From Squalus acanthias (taxonomy: Eukaryota), in assembly GCA_030390025.1 (NCBI GenBank), contig CM059432.1:150724001-150788000 (forward strand): a stretch of DNA of 64,000 nucleotides, given 5' to 3'. The translations under genes and the position numbers were made by a program. This document shows positions 24,609 through 38,180 of the stretch, one piece after another (the stretch's first letter is position 1; each line of letters opens with the position of its first letter). The notes below the pieces were generated by a model. The model was not told where the DNA came from, ran no database searches, and saw only the letters and a list, made by a program, of their open reading frames with translations.

Positions 24609-25919
24609 TGTTACTGTTGCTGTATTAGTCTTAATCTCGTTCTTTTATCTCTTTATCCCCTCTTAATCAAACACCAATCTAACCTATTCTTAAAAGTATA
24701 TGCAGTTTCAGCTCATCTTCCAGTTTTAATGTCCATCTCCACGTTAAACGGCAGTGAAAAAGAGTGCTGATTGTGTAATCCTTTTTTGCTTAATTAATAT
24801 CCAAAGCAAGGAAATGAAAATGAGAATCATGAACATCCTGCTATAACTTGCCCTTTGTAAAGACATCTAGAGTGTTTTTTGCCTGATTTTATTTATGCTG
24901 CTTCAGCTGCACTCGCACTGCTACTCTGGATTACCAGGACAGCTGCAGCACTTGAACTCCTTCAAATTCATGGGACCACCAGCTCCTGAAAGTGACATAA
25001 AAAAATCCTTGGCCAATAATCTTGGAGCGGGAAAATATCAGAAGTGATCTTAGATTAAACATTTCCAGTCACCATTATCTGTATTGATTTTATATTTAAA
25101 AAAAGGTCTGCGAGCAAAGAATGCATTCTAAATATCGCTAGGTGCTCCTGAAGGAGCGTTAGCACTGACTGCCCCACACGTGCACAGAGGGCTAAAAGGC
25201 ATTCACGCTCAGCACACAGCAGGAGACTGAGGGACAACGAGGCTATGGAGAGGAAGTCAGGTCATGCATTTTTCTGGGAACAGAGCACAATACAAGCCAT
25301 GAGAGAGAAAAGGCCTATGAGGAGAAAGCTGCTGGAGGCAATAGTCCATGGCAAGTTTAAGGATAATTTTAGTTTATGTATTCGCTGAATCATTAAATTG
25401 TTCACATATTATGCCAGAAATATTTTCAGCTATATTTATTGGGGTTTTATCTCTTCATAAATACATGTCCGACACTTCGGAGTTCTACAGCATTGGGAGA
25501 ATCTCTTGAAGGCACTTTACGTGCATTCACTACAAATTTATAAGTTTTACACCCAGCTCTAACTTGTAGTCCTAAACAGTGACAGAAAACGAAGACTGAA
25601 TTACATTCCATTGAACTGTATAATAAATTTGGGCCTCTTGTAGCAACATCCTGCAAATGTTTTAGAGTGCACATGATAGATACACAAGATGGATCTGCAA
25701 GAAATTACCATTAAAGACAGACAGCACATTGTCTTTCTTCTGGAAATATAATCTAAACAGACAAACACGAATTGAATATTGAAAATCAATCTAGTAGCAA
25801 AAGTTTCAAATTGAATTCCCTGTCCAAGTATGAAACGATTTCTCACAAATGTTTTAGTCACGGTAGCATTTTATTTTTGTATTATTATTGATCTTATTAC
25901 TTTTTGAAACTCAACAAAT

Positions 25920-26575
25920 CACAAATCTGAAACAAAAATAATTGTTGGAAACGCTCATCACAGGCAGCATCTGTGGAGAGAAGAGACAAGTCGACGTTTC
26001 GGGTGAGGGTCCACACATCTGGAATGTTGACTGGTCTGTTCTCACCACAGGTGGCGCCTAACCTGCTGAGCCTTTTCATCTTCCGATCAGGCACTTTACA
26101 GCCTTCCGGACTCAATATCCAGTTCAACAATTTCAGATCTACACACACATTTTATCCACCCTTTTGGTTTGTGCCTTTTCCCTTTTTTTCTTCTCTCTCC
26201 CCCCACGGCAGCTGTCTCTCATTCTGCCAGCATTTCACATTTCACACTTCTGAGCCACCTTTTGTTTCTTAACCTGTCCTATTACCATCTCGTCTTGCCT
26301 TGAGCATCTCTTAATGTCTCTACTTACGATAGACCACCCCTTTTGTTCTTTTATTCCTCCCCCCAGCCTCCCCCTTGCTTTTTCATCTGTTTCATTTCCT
26401 GCTTTTTTTCTCAGTTCTGACGAAGGGTTTCGACCTGAAACGTTAACTCTATTTCTCTCTCCACGGATGTTGCCTGGCCTGCTGAGTTTTTCCAGCGTTT
26501 TCTGTTGTTCATCATTTTCTGTTTTGTTTCAGATTTCCAGCATTTGCAGTACAGTATTTTGCGTTTTGTTCAAAT
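25920..26575 (+). mobile_element. Penelope-like 3' end with inverted partial pLTR at its 5' side
   Basis: GIY-YIG C-terminus IFRSGTLQPSGLNIQFNNFR, then pLTR with hammerhead. 25920-26005 is a decayed reverse-complement copy of the pLTR end. Confidence 0.8.
26413..26448 (+). ncRNA. Minimal type I hammerhead ribozyme
   Basis: AGTT-CTGACGA-AGGGT-ttcg-ACCT-GAAA-CG-TT-AACT: conserved core, stem I AGTT/AACT, palindromic ACGT stem III. Confidence 0.8.
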
Positions 26576-29394
26576 AATATGAAAAGGCAGAGAAATGGGA
26601 TTAAATTGACAGCTCTTTCAGAGAGCAAACCAGTCACAATTGACTTAATGGTCTCCTTTTGTGCTGTAAAATTCTATGATTCTGAAACTATATAGATATG
26701 AAACTGTAGGTAGCTGTTTAATGACCAAAATCATATCAGAGCTATTCATCTTGAAATTCTGTAGTAAACCAGAACATTTGCTGTACCTGTTCCAAGATCT
26801 TTCATCTTCAGATAATTGTAGGTATACAAGTGCAATTTGAGGCTTCAGAAAATTCTGCTGGTTTTTACTGACATTTGTTGTTTAGGAATAGAACTTCCCA
26901 ACTGACTTTTTTTTTTAATTGAGAAGCCAAAATTGAAGGACAAAGCCCCATAATGCAAGGTACCAGCAAAATTGGCAAGAGTAAAAGAGGTAAATCAGGA
27001 ATTAGGTGATCAAGCCATGGAGCTGGGCTTGACGATTGGAGCAGGAAGAAAAGACTAAATGAGGTAAGGGGTTCAACAGTCTTCAGGGCAATAAGATGAC
27101 AGTTGAAAGGGTAAAAGAGCTCAACTTTTAGTGAGAGGGTGAACTAGATGACAGAAAGATGGACTGAGAATCAGAGAGAGTGTAGAGATTACATTGAACA
27201 GTGCCACACTTCTTGAGGAAGATGACAGGATACCATCAGGGCCAGAGATCCTACTGAATTCCAGGGAGACCCAGTGAGGATAAAACTCAATGTTGGTCAC
27301 ATTGGTTGAACAGGATGGAGAATTAGAGGGAGTTTCTTCACTAAGATCATTCAGATTAGAGCTAGCGGAAAAGGTAAGCTTTCTCTTGAGGAGAGTTTGT
27401 AAACTACACCATCAGGCCGAAAGAGAAGTGAGAAAGAGGACTCAGAAAAATTACAAGACAACTTTGGCAAGGGAACAGAAAGAACAGCTGCTGGAGGGGC
27501 AGAAGGATAACAGTTGACACTTTTTTTTCCCCCCAATAAAGTTGCATTTAGCAGCTCTAATAGTACATTGTATATGTTACACATTAACAAAAAGCTGGCT
27601 CAGATACTTCAGCTTGGTGAAGAGACGAGGTGCATTAGTAGATATGGCAGAATGGCAAGAGTGAGATTGTGAAATCTTCCATACAGTTAGAATAACATCT
27701 GCTGAAGAGTGAAAGCAGCAATTGGACCAGGAAAAAGCAGAAGAATTGCCTAGGCCCTGCCAAGTGGCTGATTTAGCGTAGTACAAGGTGGGAGAGGTAT
27801 TGAGTGCGATTTGTTGCAAAGTATTCTGCAAGAAGCAGTTATCAGACATCTGTGAAGGTGGCAATTATATTTTTAATTCCCAACAACCATCACAGCTCTC
27901 AATGTGAGTCTAAAATACCTTATATAAAATATTTGCTCCCAAATGGCATGATGATTTGTCATATGAAATGCATTTCTCAACTCATCAGCACAAAGTTCAG
28001 AATAATAAATCAACTTTTTGAGTTAGAGTTCTCCCTTGAAATGATAGTTAACTTTGTTAGTTTCATTAAAGGAGTAATCCAGGAAAGGATAAAAGCAAAT
28101 TGTATTTCTGAGGCTAAACCCCAAGTAGGTTAAAAACCCGAACTAAAACGACTTACGTTCGTATACCAATGGTTGTTCATTTTATCAGTATCATTGCAAT
28201 CTGTGGAAGCCCTCCTGAACTGATTCTCAGATTGCTATGGTGCTGAAGAACAGCATGGAATGGTGTGATGAGCTTCCACTCCTCCAACCAGATGTGGGAT
28301 TAAAGTATTATACCATCCTCCCAGTGGACAGTCCTTTCACACTTTTCACAAAATGGAGAATCAGCAGCCAGCATCCCCATTCCATCTCATCATTTTCAAA
28401 TGCCATAATGCTCCGAAAATAAACACAGGCAGACAAAATAGTTGCAACAACCCCAGGTATAGTTGGATACCTGATGGCACAAGAAAACAGTAATTACAGT
28501 TAACTTTTTACCCAAGGACCTTGCAATTATTGGAGTTTCATTTGCAAGTGTTTTTCACCAGTGTTCCTTTAAAACTGATCCAAGACCACACAAGGATAGA
28601 GAAAAAGCTATCAGGCGCTTTATCTATTATAGGACTGCAGCTGACACAAAACATACGGGTCCTTCTTCCATTGGCTGCACTCCACATTATAAATGCCTCC
28701 ATGGTCCGGGAACCAACATCAGAGACTCGTGAAAAGTTGGATTAAGGGAGCTTTTTGTAACGCCCTTTATTCCTACATTACAACAGTGCTAACACTTCAA
28801 AAAGTAATTCATTGGCTGTAAAGCACTTCACAGCAGAGCCCAGCATGACCAGCAACAGAATAAAAAAATAAAAAAGGGGAGAGCGACGAATGGTAGTCAG
28901 TAACAGTCGGAAGTAGACAACATAAAAGTGCCTGTAATCGAGTCATTCTGTACTAGAGTTCAAAGATTCATCAGAGCAGCTGCAACCCCTTTCCAGACGA
29001 CAAATATACTTCCAAGTGCATAAGAAAAATTGCATGCTTTACTTTCAATATTTACAGACACCAAAAATGTCTAAGTTTTTGACCTAACAAATGTGACAAA
29101 CAGATGTAAATTTTTCAATCATACAGCATATATCTATCCAAAAAACTGCAATGGTTTCTGGTCTCTGACTTTTTTTTTGGGGGGGGGGGGGGGGGGAAAG
29201 AGGGGATGGAATTTGAGATTACTTAACATTTTGCAATTGCAAGTCAAGTTTCACCAGTGCTTTTCAATTTGTTAAAAAATAGAATGTATAGTCTGAGCAA
29301 AGTCAGCTGAAATCTTGGCACAGTTTCTGTTAGTTTGACTATTTTGTTCACAGAAAGAAAATGAGCCTGAGCAGCCACTAAAGTGGGAGTTTTT

Positions 29395-29735
29395 TAAAAA
29401 TTCACTCTTGGAATATGGGCGTGGCTTGCAAGGCCAGCATTTATTGCCCATCCCTAGTTGCACTGGAGGTGGTGGTGAATGGCAGCTAAGAATCAACCAC
29501 ATTGGTGTCACATATACGCCAGAACGGGTAAGGAAGGCATGTTTCCTTCCCGAAAAGGACATCAGTGAACCAGTTGAGTTTTTATGACAATCAGACAGCT
29601 TCATGGTCACTTTTACTGACACCAGCTTTTTATTCCAGATTTATTTTGTTTTTTTAAAAACTGAATTCAAATTCATAAACTGCCGTGTTGGGATTCTCTG
29701 GATACTAGTCCAGTAACAAACATTATGCTACCATG
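29395..29735 (-). mobile_element. tRNA-derived SINE with LINE-shared tail
   Basis: Reverse complement of the 24540-24600 tail plus the GGACATCAGTGAACCAGTTG core. Confidence 0.7.
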
Positions 29736-32700
29736 TCCGTGACCTACAGGTACAGGTGGCCTAAGCTGTCAGCTCAGACCATTAGTTACTGATGTTTGTG
29801 GCTCCAAGACAGGCCCAGCACCAAGAGCTAATTCGCTGCAAAATGCCATCTACGGCCCAACAGTCACACTCTCGCTGTACAACAACGCAAGTGGCTGAGC
29901 GACAAGGGGTTCACTGGGTTGACAAGTTACCTTGACGTGTTTAGCTACTGTCACAAGAGCAGAGGGGCACATGGCAACATCAGCCACTCATCTATACAAG
30001 AGCACCAGACCACGGGGAAACAGGAGCTGAAAGTGAGATCCAAAGCTTTTTCCACGTGAAACAGTTATCATGATTTTCAATCAATCATTCAACTTACTGA
30101 TCTTTAAAATTCATTTGTAATTCATTTTAAATTAAGAAACTAATCAAACTTGTTTCACTAAAACAATTCTTGATTCTCAGTCTGGCAGTTGGAAAAACAG
30201 AGTTCCATTATTGCGACAGTGATTCCCGGGGGATCCATCCACAGGCACCAGTGACTGACTTATCTTCATGTGGAAGTCTAGGCACCAGCAACAGCTGTTT
30301 CAATATTGCCACAGGAAATATTTAAATTATTGGAAATTCACACCTCAATGCTCTGCCCGTCAAATAGCCACTAGTCTCACTCACCTGTCTTGGCACCTAG
30401 ACATCAGTTCATCACTGATTTCACCCAACCATCAACTTGATCAGACCTCTGACTTTAAATCTAGTTCCCCCCCTGTGCTGTCTCCTCTCTACTCCCCGTG
30501 CATTTCAAAGCATAGCTATCTTGAACACGCATGTAACCACGCCAATGTAGTTTCGTTTCCCAGTGTCCATTCGCATGCACGTTTTGGCTGCCTCTCTGCA
30601 CCCGAGCCCATCACTTCTATTCCCCTTTTCCCCATCCGACATCATGCCCCCTTTCTTTTCTCCAGCCTCGGGTACTCTATCCTCACAAACCCCAATTCTT
30701 CAGTACGCATCGTCTTGACTACTCTCCTACCGCCGTCCCAGGCTTGACTGTCTCTTAAATAATTCTACAGCTTACCGGTGTCTCTCGTGGTATCCTCAAA
30801 AAGGCCCACCGAGGCACTCATCGCTGCCTCCCAACGAGCAGCAATCTCAATTGCCCCATCCTATTCTCTCCCCGCACGCTTGCCGGGGGCTAATCTCGCC
30901 AACCTCCTTCCAGTTCCTCCCAACTCTGACCCGGTGAACTCGGACAGTAGATCGGCTATCATTGCCCCTCTAAAATGTATGTTCACTTGTGAATAAGGGC
31001 TTTGCCATCTATGAGCTTATTGCGGACGATCACATTGACATCACGGCCTTGACGGAGACATGGCTTTCCCCTTAATGAAGCTTCCCCACCTGGCTATGCT
31101 TTCCACCAGTTGCCCCGCTCAAACTGCCACGGTTTTGATGTAGCTCTTATCTCTAAATCACACCTTGGTTTGTCTCTCTTCTCCTCTGGCAGCTTCTCCT
31201 CCTTTCAGCATCTCACCTTGTTCCACCCCTCATGCCTCTCTTTTAAAGTCCTTGTTCTGTACTGCCCACCCAAGTATCACACCAAGTTTCTCACGGAGAT
31301 ATCTTCTCTGCTTTCCTCCCTCTGCACCGAGCGATTTCTCATCCTCGGTGATTTCAACCTCCATCTCAACTCTTCTTGCTCTCTTTCCTGTGAGTTCACT
31401 GCTCACCTTTCCTCCCTAAATCACTTCCTCCATATAAACTCCCCTACCCATATATACTGCCACCCCTCGATCGTAACTCCCATCGTAACTATCACTGATC
31501 AGGCAATCTCTGATCATTTCCTTATATCGTTCTCTACCCATATTTCCCTTCCCCCCTCCCAACCCCACTTCTTTCTGTGTCCGCCCCTGGAAAAAAACCT
31601 CTCTCAAATCGCTTACCACTGCACTTTCAAATTTAGCCTTTGGCCGACAATTCATCATGACATTTCTGCAGCTGCTGATTTGCTAAATCGCACCCTCTCC
31701 ACCGCCTTTGATGCCCTTGTTCCCATTAAAACCATATACTCTCACCCTAGTCGTTCCCCCGGTATACACGCAGATTTGAACGTCAATGGCGGACAACTGG
31801 TTTAACCATCCATCGCCAGATCTGGCTGGTTCACACAGTCTTACTGGGTCCTGCTCTTCATCGCTAAAACTGCAAACTATTCAAAGATCATCCAGGAAGG
31901 CAAAGATAACACCTGGCTTCTCTTCGCCACCACAAACCGCCTTCTTAAGCCACCCTCCCCTGCCTCCTCCAACCTCACCTCCAACAATAAGTGCGAGGAG
32001 GTTGTGGACTTGTGTTACAAAGTTTGAGACCATCCATTCAGTTGCCTCTGCTGCTTCCCTCCCTTCCACTCGCCCACCGGGCCAAACTTCCTCTGAGGCT
32101 CCCCCCTGCCCGAATCCTGAATTCACATCTTTCTCTAGTTCTCTCCTATGCCCTCTCTGAGCTCATCATGTCGACGAGACTCACTTCCTGCTCTCTCAAC
32201 CCTATTCCCACTAAACTGCTGACCACCCAACTTCCCTTCCTGGCTCCTATGTTACCTGATATTGTTAATGGTTCTCTCTTCAGGTACTGTCCCCCTCTCC
32301 TTCAAATCTGCCGTCATCACCCCTCTCCTCAAAAAAGCAACCCTTGACCCCTCCGTCCTTGCAAACTACCACCCCATGTCCAATTTCCCTTTCCTCTCCA
32401 AAGTCCTTGAACGTGTTGTCGCCTCCTGAATCCGTGCAATTCTTTCCTGGAACTCCACGTTTGAATCCCTCCAATCAGGTTTCCGCCCCTGCCACAGTAC
32501 TAAAACAGCTCTTACCAAAGTCACAAATGACATCCTAGTTGGCTGTAACAAAGGTAAACTATTCCTCCTCATTTTCAACCTATCTGTAGTCTTTGACACG
32601 GCTGATCACACAATTCTACTCCAACGCCGCGCCACCGTCGCCCAGCTGGGTTGGACTGCACTCGCCTGGTTCCATTTTTATCTATCCGGTCTTAGCTAGA

Positions 32701-33241
32701 GAATCACCTGCAACGGCCTCTGGTGTCCCCAAGGATCTATCCTTGCCCCCCTCCTATTTCTCACCTACATACTGCCCCTTGGCAACATCATCCGAAAACC
32801 ACAGTGCCAGTTTCCACATGTATGCTGACGATACCCAGCTCTACTTCACCACTCTCTCTCAGCCCCTCTACTGTTTCTAAATTGTCAGACTGTTTGTCCA
32901 ACATCTAGTACTGGATGAGCAGAAATATCCTCCAACTAAATACTGGGAAGACCAAAGCCATTGGGCTGGATTTTGATTCAGGGGCGGGCTGGGGTCGTGT
33001 AATTTGCATTTCGTGTTAGCCACCCGAATCTAAATCGATGTGGGAGGTTGATGCGATTTTAACATAATTGGCCAATTGAGTTCCAACGTGTGGGAACCCA
33101 TGGCCAGTGAGTTTTTCCAGTCTGAAAGTCGCTTCCGATGACATCATCATTGCTGCAACATTGAAGGTCTGCAACAAGCCTTGCTTCCTCTGCAGACTGC
33201 CAAGCTTCTGCCTTTGCATGTTAGAGGCACCTGCAGGAAGA

Positions 33242-35181
33242 ATGGCCAGCCAGAGACCTAGGTCTGCACCTCATATTGATGACGTCGCCCTGCAAGCTTT
33301 AATTGAGGGAGCCAGAGCTAATAAGGAGGTGCTCTTCCCTTCTTCAGGGAGGAAGAAGCCTTCCCATCAAACCAAGGCTGTGTGGATCCAGGTGGCAGAG
33401 GAGGTCAACTCGTTGTCCATAACCCGCAGAACCTGGCTTCAGTGCAGGAAGAGGTTTCATGACCTGCTGCGCACTGGAAAAGTGAGTATGAATTTCCCAT
33501 CACCCTCATTCTGATCTCCATTGCCTCTCCTCACCAGCACTCGGCTTTGACAACCTCTTCCTCCACATCCCACTTGACACTGACATCCCTGCACCCTTAC
33601 CCATTCCCTCTCTCTGCATGGTCACATTCACCTAACTATTCGACTATGCAGCCCTCAAACTCCCTATCGCTGTGATGCTATGAAAACAACTTACAACACA
33701 CAGGGAGGGCCCATGGTCTTGCCACCTCACTCCGAATTTGTCTCCTTCTAACCATCAATGATCTAGATTCTCTACACTCACTCCTCCATTCTCACTCAAA
33801 CTCCACTTGTCTCCCTCATTGCAGGAAGAGAGAGCACACAATAAGAGAGAAAGAGCGAGGACAGGAGGCGGGCCACCCTCAGTAGCCCAGCTCACCACCT
33901 GGGAGGAGGCGGTCCTGGAGATCATGGGAGTGGAGGAGGATGCGCAAGTGGGGGACGGACAGACGGGTGCATCAGAGCAAGCTGGTGACAGAATAGTTTA
34001 TCATCTCTCTCATTGACATTGCATGAGTCACTGATAATGATTCTGATGCTCCAGCAGACTGACTTATGATCATCTGCAATATGCATGTAACCTTGGACTC
34101 ACATCTCTGACTCTTTCCTTTACTCCCCCCCCCAGGACCACCGCGAGCAGCCGTCCCCACCGTCCAGGAGGAAGAGCATGAGACTCACCACTCCTCAGAG
34201 GAAGCTGCAACCTCTGAGGGCGCCGCGTCAGCAGAATTCAGCGCACCCAGCACCAGCGCAGACACTCGCACCTCGGCGGGAACATCGCGAGATAGAGTAG
34301 TGTTGTCACCTGGTGTATCACAGCTCACAAGTGAGCATCAGCAGATAGTGGAGACAGGGACAGCAGTGGAGAGTCCTAGTCGGAGGGCGCAGGACTCTCC
34401 TAGCTCGGCTCAGCTGCATGTCGACCCTCTGCCTGTGGATCCATCCATAAGATCAGTGGTGCTGGAACTCCAGGAACAGATGCAGCAGTCTCTGGCAGGT
34501 TTTGTCTCCAGGGTCGCTGAGAGTGTGGAGCGAATGGAGGAGTCCATAGCAAACATGAGCAGAGCCTTTGTGGAGTCATTGGCGCATGAACGCATCACCA
34601 TGGAAAGGTTGGCAACCTCCGTGGAAAGGATGGCTATGGCTATGGAGGAGATAAATCGCCAGAGTGAAGAAAACATGGTCATTGTTCAGAATAGACTGGC
34701 ATCTCTTGAGGAGTGATGGTCATCTATTGAACACAGAAACCAGACCTTCATGGAAGTCCTTCTGAGTAGGACTTCCAGTGCAGATACGGGTCCCCATGGC
34801 CCTCCTGATGTGCAGCAAGGTGCTCTCAATCCACTTGCAAGCGCTGAGGTGGAGCTGACCCATGAGAGGGATGTTGGTGGCAGACAACAAGGAAGTGGGG
34901 GCTCCTCTCCAAACGCTCACACGACCAAGCCACTGCAAAGCCCTCGGTCAGAGCCCCACCAGAGTCCTCACCCAACTGAGATGGGCGTCTCAACCCCTGC
35001 ACAGCCACAGGAGCAGCAGACTGTTGCCGAGCCCTCACAGGCTCGCAACCCCAGAGGACGCCCGCCAAAGGTGTCGAGGCAAGAGCAGCAAGAAAGTGAG
35101 CAAGGGGCCTCCACATCTGCTGCAGCCACAGGGGAAGCACCACGTAGGAGCACGCATAAAATAAAAATAATGCACAAGTAG
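33242..35181 (+). pseudogene. Harbinger Myb/SANT-like protein gene; exons 33242-33481, 33825-33984, 34136-35181; one in-frame TGA at 34714
   Basis: GT-AG introns with compatible phases give 481 codons; WIQVAEEVNSLSITRRTWLQCRKRFHDL...ERARTGGGPP. Confidence 0.85.
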
Positions 35182-35199
35182 TCACAAGGGTAGTCACTT

Positions 35200-35655
35200 G
35201 GGTGTAATGTTGTGTTTAATCTTGAAATGCCAGCACTTGCTTGGTGTGATTAAAAATTCTGCTGGCAAACTGCTGAAGTTGTGGCGTCTGTCATTTCGCA
35301 AATGGGACTTCCACATTGAGGGCTTAGGATGACTTGCAATTGTCAGTATGGTGGTCAGAGTGATAGGAATCCGCAGGTTCCTGGCCATTGTCGATGGTCT
35401 GATAAGAAGGTGCGAAGCAAAAGTGTTTGATTGTGCAGGCTAAGCAAATCTGGTCAAGTGCGTCCCTTGCATCTCAGGCAGCAATGTGGTCGCGCGCTGG
35501 CGCCTTCTGGCCTGTGCAGCTTCAGGTGGGTGAGGAGCAGCTTGGCACTCCTGTTGATGCTGCTGGTAGTGCTGTTGTTCATGGTTCTGCTGCTGCCATG
35601 GCTGGTTTTCGTCCAAATCTGATGTCCAGGAGGAAAGGAAATAAATGGTTCCCAT
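35200..35655 (-). pseudogene. Probable Harbinger transposase remnant (Gln-rich N-terminus, catalytic core absent)
   Basis: Lies convergent to the Myb gene at the expected position; MGTIYF...QQQ start; no DDE motifs in the short remaining space. Confidence 0.5.
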
Positions 35656-37719
35656 GCTTCTGGTATATGCCTCAGTTGAGGAAGCGCTCAGTCAAGGTGG
35701 CGAGAGGGGTTTCCCAGGAGGTCACACTGGAGATGGGTGTCAGGCTCCAAACTTCCACAGCTGTGGTTATGCCATATAAAAGTTCCCCCAGACAACAAAG
35801 TCCTGCCAACTGCAAATGATGGCTGATCACATCTCCTATTTCATGGTTGAGCTGCAGCTGATAGTCAGCAATCCAAATGTGCTACCGCCAGGTTTCACAT
35901 TCGTGGTTCAGAACAGGCGTGCTTCACGTGGAAAAAGGGTTAAAAATCACAAAGGCCTTTCAAAATGGCATTATAGAGGCAATTTAGTGCTTGTTAAGTG
36001 CCTTAACGGCCTAACCCGCCTCTTGGAGGCGGGACGAGTCGGGACCAGCTGACACGATTTAATGAAAATTGCGTGGAGGCGGGATTGTGCCCGTCTGCCA
36101 GTTTTCGCAATTTTAACCCCCCACACGCCTCCAAACCCACCTCCACGGGTCAATGAAAATTCTGCCCATTGTCTTCGGTCCCCACCACAAAATTTGTTCC
36201 CTTGTCACCAACTCCAACACTCTCCCTGGCAACTGTCTGAAGCTGAACCAGACTGTTCGCAACCTTGGTGTTATATTTGACCCCGAGATGAGCTTCCTAC
36301 CACATATCCGCGCCATCACCAAGACCGCCTATATCCACCTCCGTAATAGTGCCTGACTCCACCCCTACCTCAGCTCATTTGCTGCGGAAACCCTCATCCA
36401 CGCCTTTGTTACCTCTAGACTTGACTATTCCAACACACTCCTGGCCGGCCTCCCACAATCTACGTTCCGTAAACTTGGTCATCCAAAACTCTGCTGCCCG
36501 TGTCCTAACTCACACCAAGTCCCTCTCACCCATCTCTCCTGTGCTTGCTGACCTACATTGGCTCCCGGTTAAGCAAAGCCTCGATTTAAAAATTCTCATC
36601 ATAGTTTTCAAATCAATACACAGTCTCTCCCCTCCCTATCTCTGTAATCTCCTCCAGCCGTACAACACCCCCAGATCACAGCACTCTGCCAATTCTGGCC
36701 TCTTGAGCATCCCCAATATTAATCGCTTCACAATTGGTTGCCGTGCCTTCAGCTGCCAAGGCCCCAAGCTCTGGCATTCCCTCCATAAACCTCTCCGCAT
36801 CTCTTTCCTCCTTTAAGATGCTCCTTAAAACCTCTTTCTTTGACCAAGTCATCTGCCCCAATATCTCCTTATGCGGCTTGGTGTCAAATTTTGTTTGATA
36901 ACGCTCCTGTGAAGTTTTACTACGTTAGAGGCGCTATATAAATGCAAGTTGTTGTTGCGTTTTATCAGTATAACTGAATTAATACTAATTTCAAAGACTT
37001 TTATCGGTTTAACACAAACTCCAGGAAGCCTAATTATAAACAAAAAGGAAGCAAAAAAAAAATTAGTCAACTAAACCTGCAACTTCATCCTTCTGATCAA
37101 CCCGTCTGTCCTCAAATACTCAGTGCAACACAGGTAGTCATCTATTATTACTCAAATTGCTAACGGTGAAATACAAAGTGTCCCAAGGTGTTTTGAAATA
37201 CACAGGGAAAAGGAGGGGGGGGGGGGGTGAAGGGGAAGGGGAGAGACATTAAGAGCAAGTGAAAGCTAGCTCAAAAAAGGGTTTTGAGTAGGTTTTTAAA
37301 GAAGAGTGAAGAGGCAGAGGGATTTAGGAAAGGAGTTCCAAAGGGAGGGGCCGAGACAACTGAAGACGCTAACAAAAATTGTTGGTGAATTTTCATCTGC
37401 AAAGTAACTGCTAAACAGTATTTAATTTCAATTATTGTGTACAATATCTTTAAACCTATGGTACATTACGGTTAACACAGAAAATTCCACAAACCTCACT
37501 GAGCATTCTTATTCTCCTTCATGGATACCCTTAATGGGTTTGTCTCAAATCATCTGGCTGTAGCACAATTTTTTCAAATCAAAAGAAAAGAAACAAGATA
37601 TGATCAAATGTGAGCATTATTAATAAGCTTTTTTCAAACACACTTTGGCAATGGAGTACACAAGGATTGTGGGCCTTTTTGAGCTTTAATATGGTTGGTA
37701 GTTCTCCATCTACCAACTA

Positions 37720-38180
37720 CTAGTGTCAACTTGGTTCAGTTGGTGGCACTCTCACCTCCAAATCAGGACATGGAGAGTTTAAGCACCACTATGGACTTCT
37801 GAAATGTCAGTCTAAGTTATGTCCAGTGCAGTACTCAGGGAGTGCTGCATTGTCAGAGGTGCCATCTTTGAGGAGAGATGTTAAACTGAGGCCATGACTG
37901 CGTGCTTAGGCAGATGTAAAATATCCATGGGCACTAGTCAAAGAAGTGTTGGAGTTCTTCTGTCATCTGACCAATATTCGTCTTTCAACCAACACCACCG
38001 AAAATAAATGATCTGATCATTCATTCATTTTCTTTCTGTTGGGCCGTGCTGCATGCAGATTGGGCGTTTGCTTACACAATAACACCAACTCCACTTTAAA
38101 GTAATCTACTGCTTGTAAAGCACTTTGGGACTAAAGTATAGCCTAAGGACATAAGACACTATATGAATGCAAGTTTCTTG
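37720..38180 (+). mobile_element. Deu-domain SINE, older copy
   Basis: Colinear with 59775-60197: tRNA-like head, Deu block, L2-like tail. Confidence 0.75.

Larger units (their letters stand above)
32963..36167. mobile_element. Complete non-autonomous PIF/Harbinger element (3205 bp)
   Basis: TIRs GGGCTGGATTTTGATT / AATGAAAATTCTGCCC; perfect ATT TSD; L2 sequence resumes seamlessly on both sides. Confidence 0.93.
30560..36958 (+). mobile_element. Near full-length decayed L2 LINE, interrupted by the Harbinger at 32963-36167
   Basis: APE motifs (LVLYCPPK, LILGDFNLH, SDHFLI); RT motifs ([29 protein letters not shown]); TTGTTG tail. Confidence 0.92.
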
